DNA of 63,595 nt, filler included, from Rhabdomonas costata (lineage: Eukaryota), in assembly GCA_019059605.1 (NCBI GenBank). It is 38 parts of 38 records of this genome, joined end to end, with 100 filler letters (N's around TTAATTAATTAA, not from the genome) between each part and the next. Parts side by side here need not be neighbours in the genome. Positions count along the whole stretch, not along the records: positions 62,021 to 63,595 come from JAHMHO010012746.1; 37 more parts are not named here. One strand, given 5' to 3'. The notes below the pieces were generated by a model. That model had not been told where the DNA came from, did no database searches, and saw only the letters and a list, made by a program, of their open reading frames with translations. Shown here in pieces: positions 62,904 to 63,595 of this stretch. How positions within the stretch are numbered: the first letter of the stretch is position 1; each line of letters starts with the position of its first letter. A program made the position numbers and the translations under genes.

Positions 62904-63595
62904 GTGCGTGGACAGGGTTAGGACAGGGGCGAGGATGCCTGCTTTTTTAGCAGTCATATGTAATTTCTGTTGTGAATGTGCGAATTTTGTTTTCCAAAAA
63001 AAACGTGGTCTGCCTTTCTTTTTGGAGATGTCATCGATGCCTTCTTTTGGGTTTTTTCGCTGTTCTCCTCTGTGCGAGTTTCAAGATTTCGCTGACTTCA
63101 TTTTTCATGAGTAACGTTGATGGAACCATCCTGTTCTCCTAGCCTGTGTTTTTGCGAAGTCATCCTCTCCTTTTGTGTCCTTCCTGCAGTAGCGCGCGCC
63201 GGGACAGTTTCCTATATACCCCACCTACCAGCGCACACAATGCTTATGATACTCTTGAAGTTGAGGTGCTGCGTCCGGTAAGGGGAAGGTGACGGAGTCT
63301 TTTTCGCACAATCTGTTTGCGAGCCTCGGAAGGGGGGGGGGGGGTGCACTGAGCTCCTCGTTTGAAACAAGCAATGCAAGTGCGGGAGAAAAACGCGTCC
63401 ATGGGCGCGAGTGACCCCATGCTTCTCGGGGTGTAGGGTACAGTGATACCATTCCTGCGGGGGCTAGAGGGCTAGATGGATGCTTGTTGTACCCTTCCAT
63501 ATTGGGCGTATTTGGCCTGCTTTTGGGGCGGGCTGATGCACACAACCCCACACCCGCACCATTGTACATGCCCATCCCACTTGTGCCCACACACC

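Noticed and set aside
1-63595. Most short entries in the supplied ORF track, and any operon or gene-cluster reading
   Set aside because: They use alternative starts, run through introns or Ns, or are antisense shadows of real exons; neighbouring contigs are unrelated

Overview
This is not one locus. It is 38 short eukaryotic genomic contigs (about 1571-1581 nt each, apparently size-sorted) joined by 37 artificial 100-nt spacers (N44-TTAATTAATTAA-N44). Most contigs begin with a G/T-only run and end with a C/A-only run, and five end in fold-back inverted repeats; both point to whole-genome amplification with G/T-degenerate primers. The source is an intron-rich flagellated protist using the standard code and GT-AG introns with a GTG(T/C)G-biased donor. 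It encodes VPV-repeat articulin-like proteins, which best fits a euglenid or euglenozoan (inference). Recognisable gene fragments: pyruvate kinase, DNAJC3, PRMT5, RGP1, a UBC/E2 domain, CFAP47 (two contigs), class III adenylate cyclase, a GSI-type glutamine-synthetase-like protein, VPS45, ankyrin, TPR and kelch proteins, a cathepsin B pseudogene and several Cys-rich one-repeat-per-exon surface proteins. The most unusual item is an intronless ORF, open at both ends (31860-33435), encoding an HMG-CoA-synthase fold that has lost all its catalytic residues and is fused to a probable hot-dog-fold domain. Next are two consecutive pyruvate kinase exons on opposite strands and a 991-bp tandem repeat containing a DUP-INV-DUP template-switch scar. 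Family calls come from motif recognition by eye; no searches were run.
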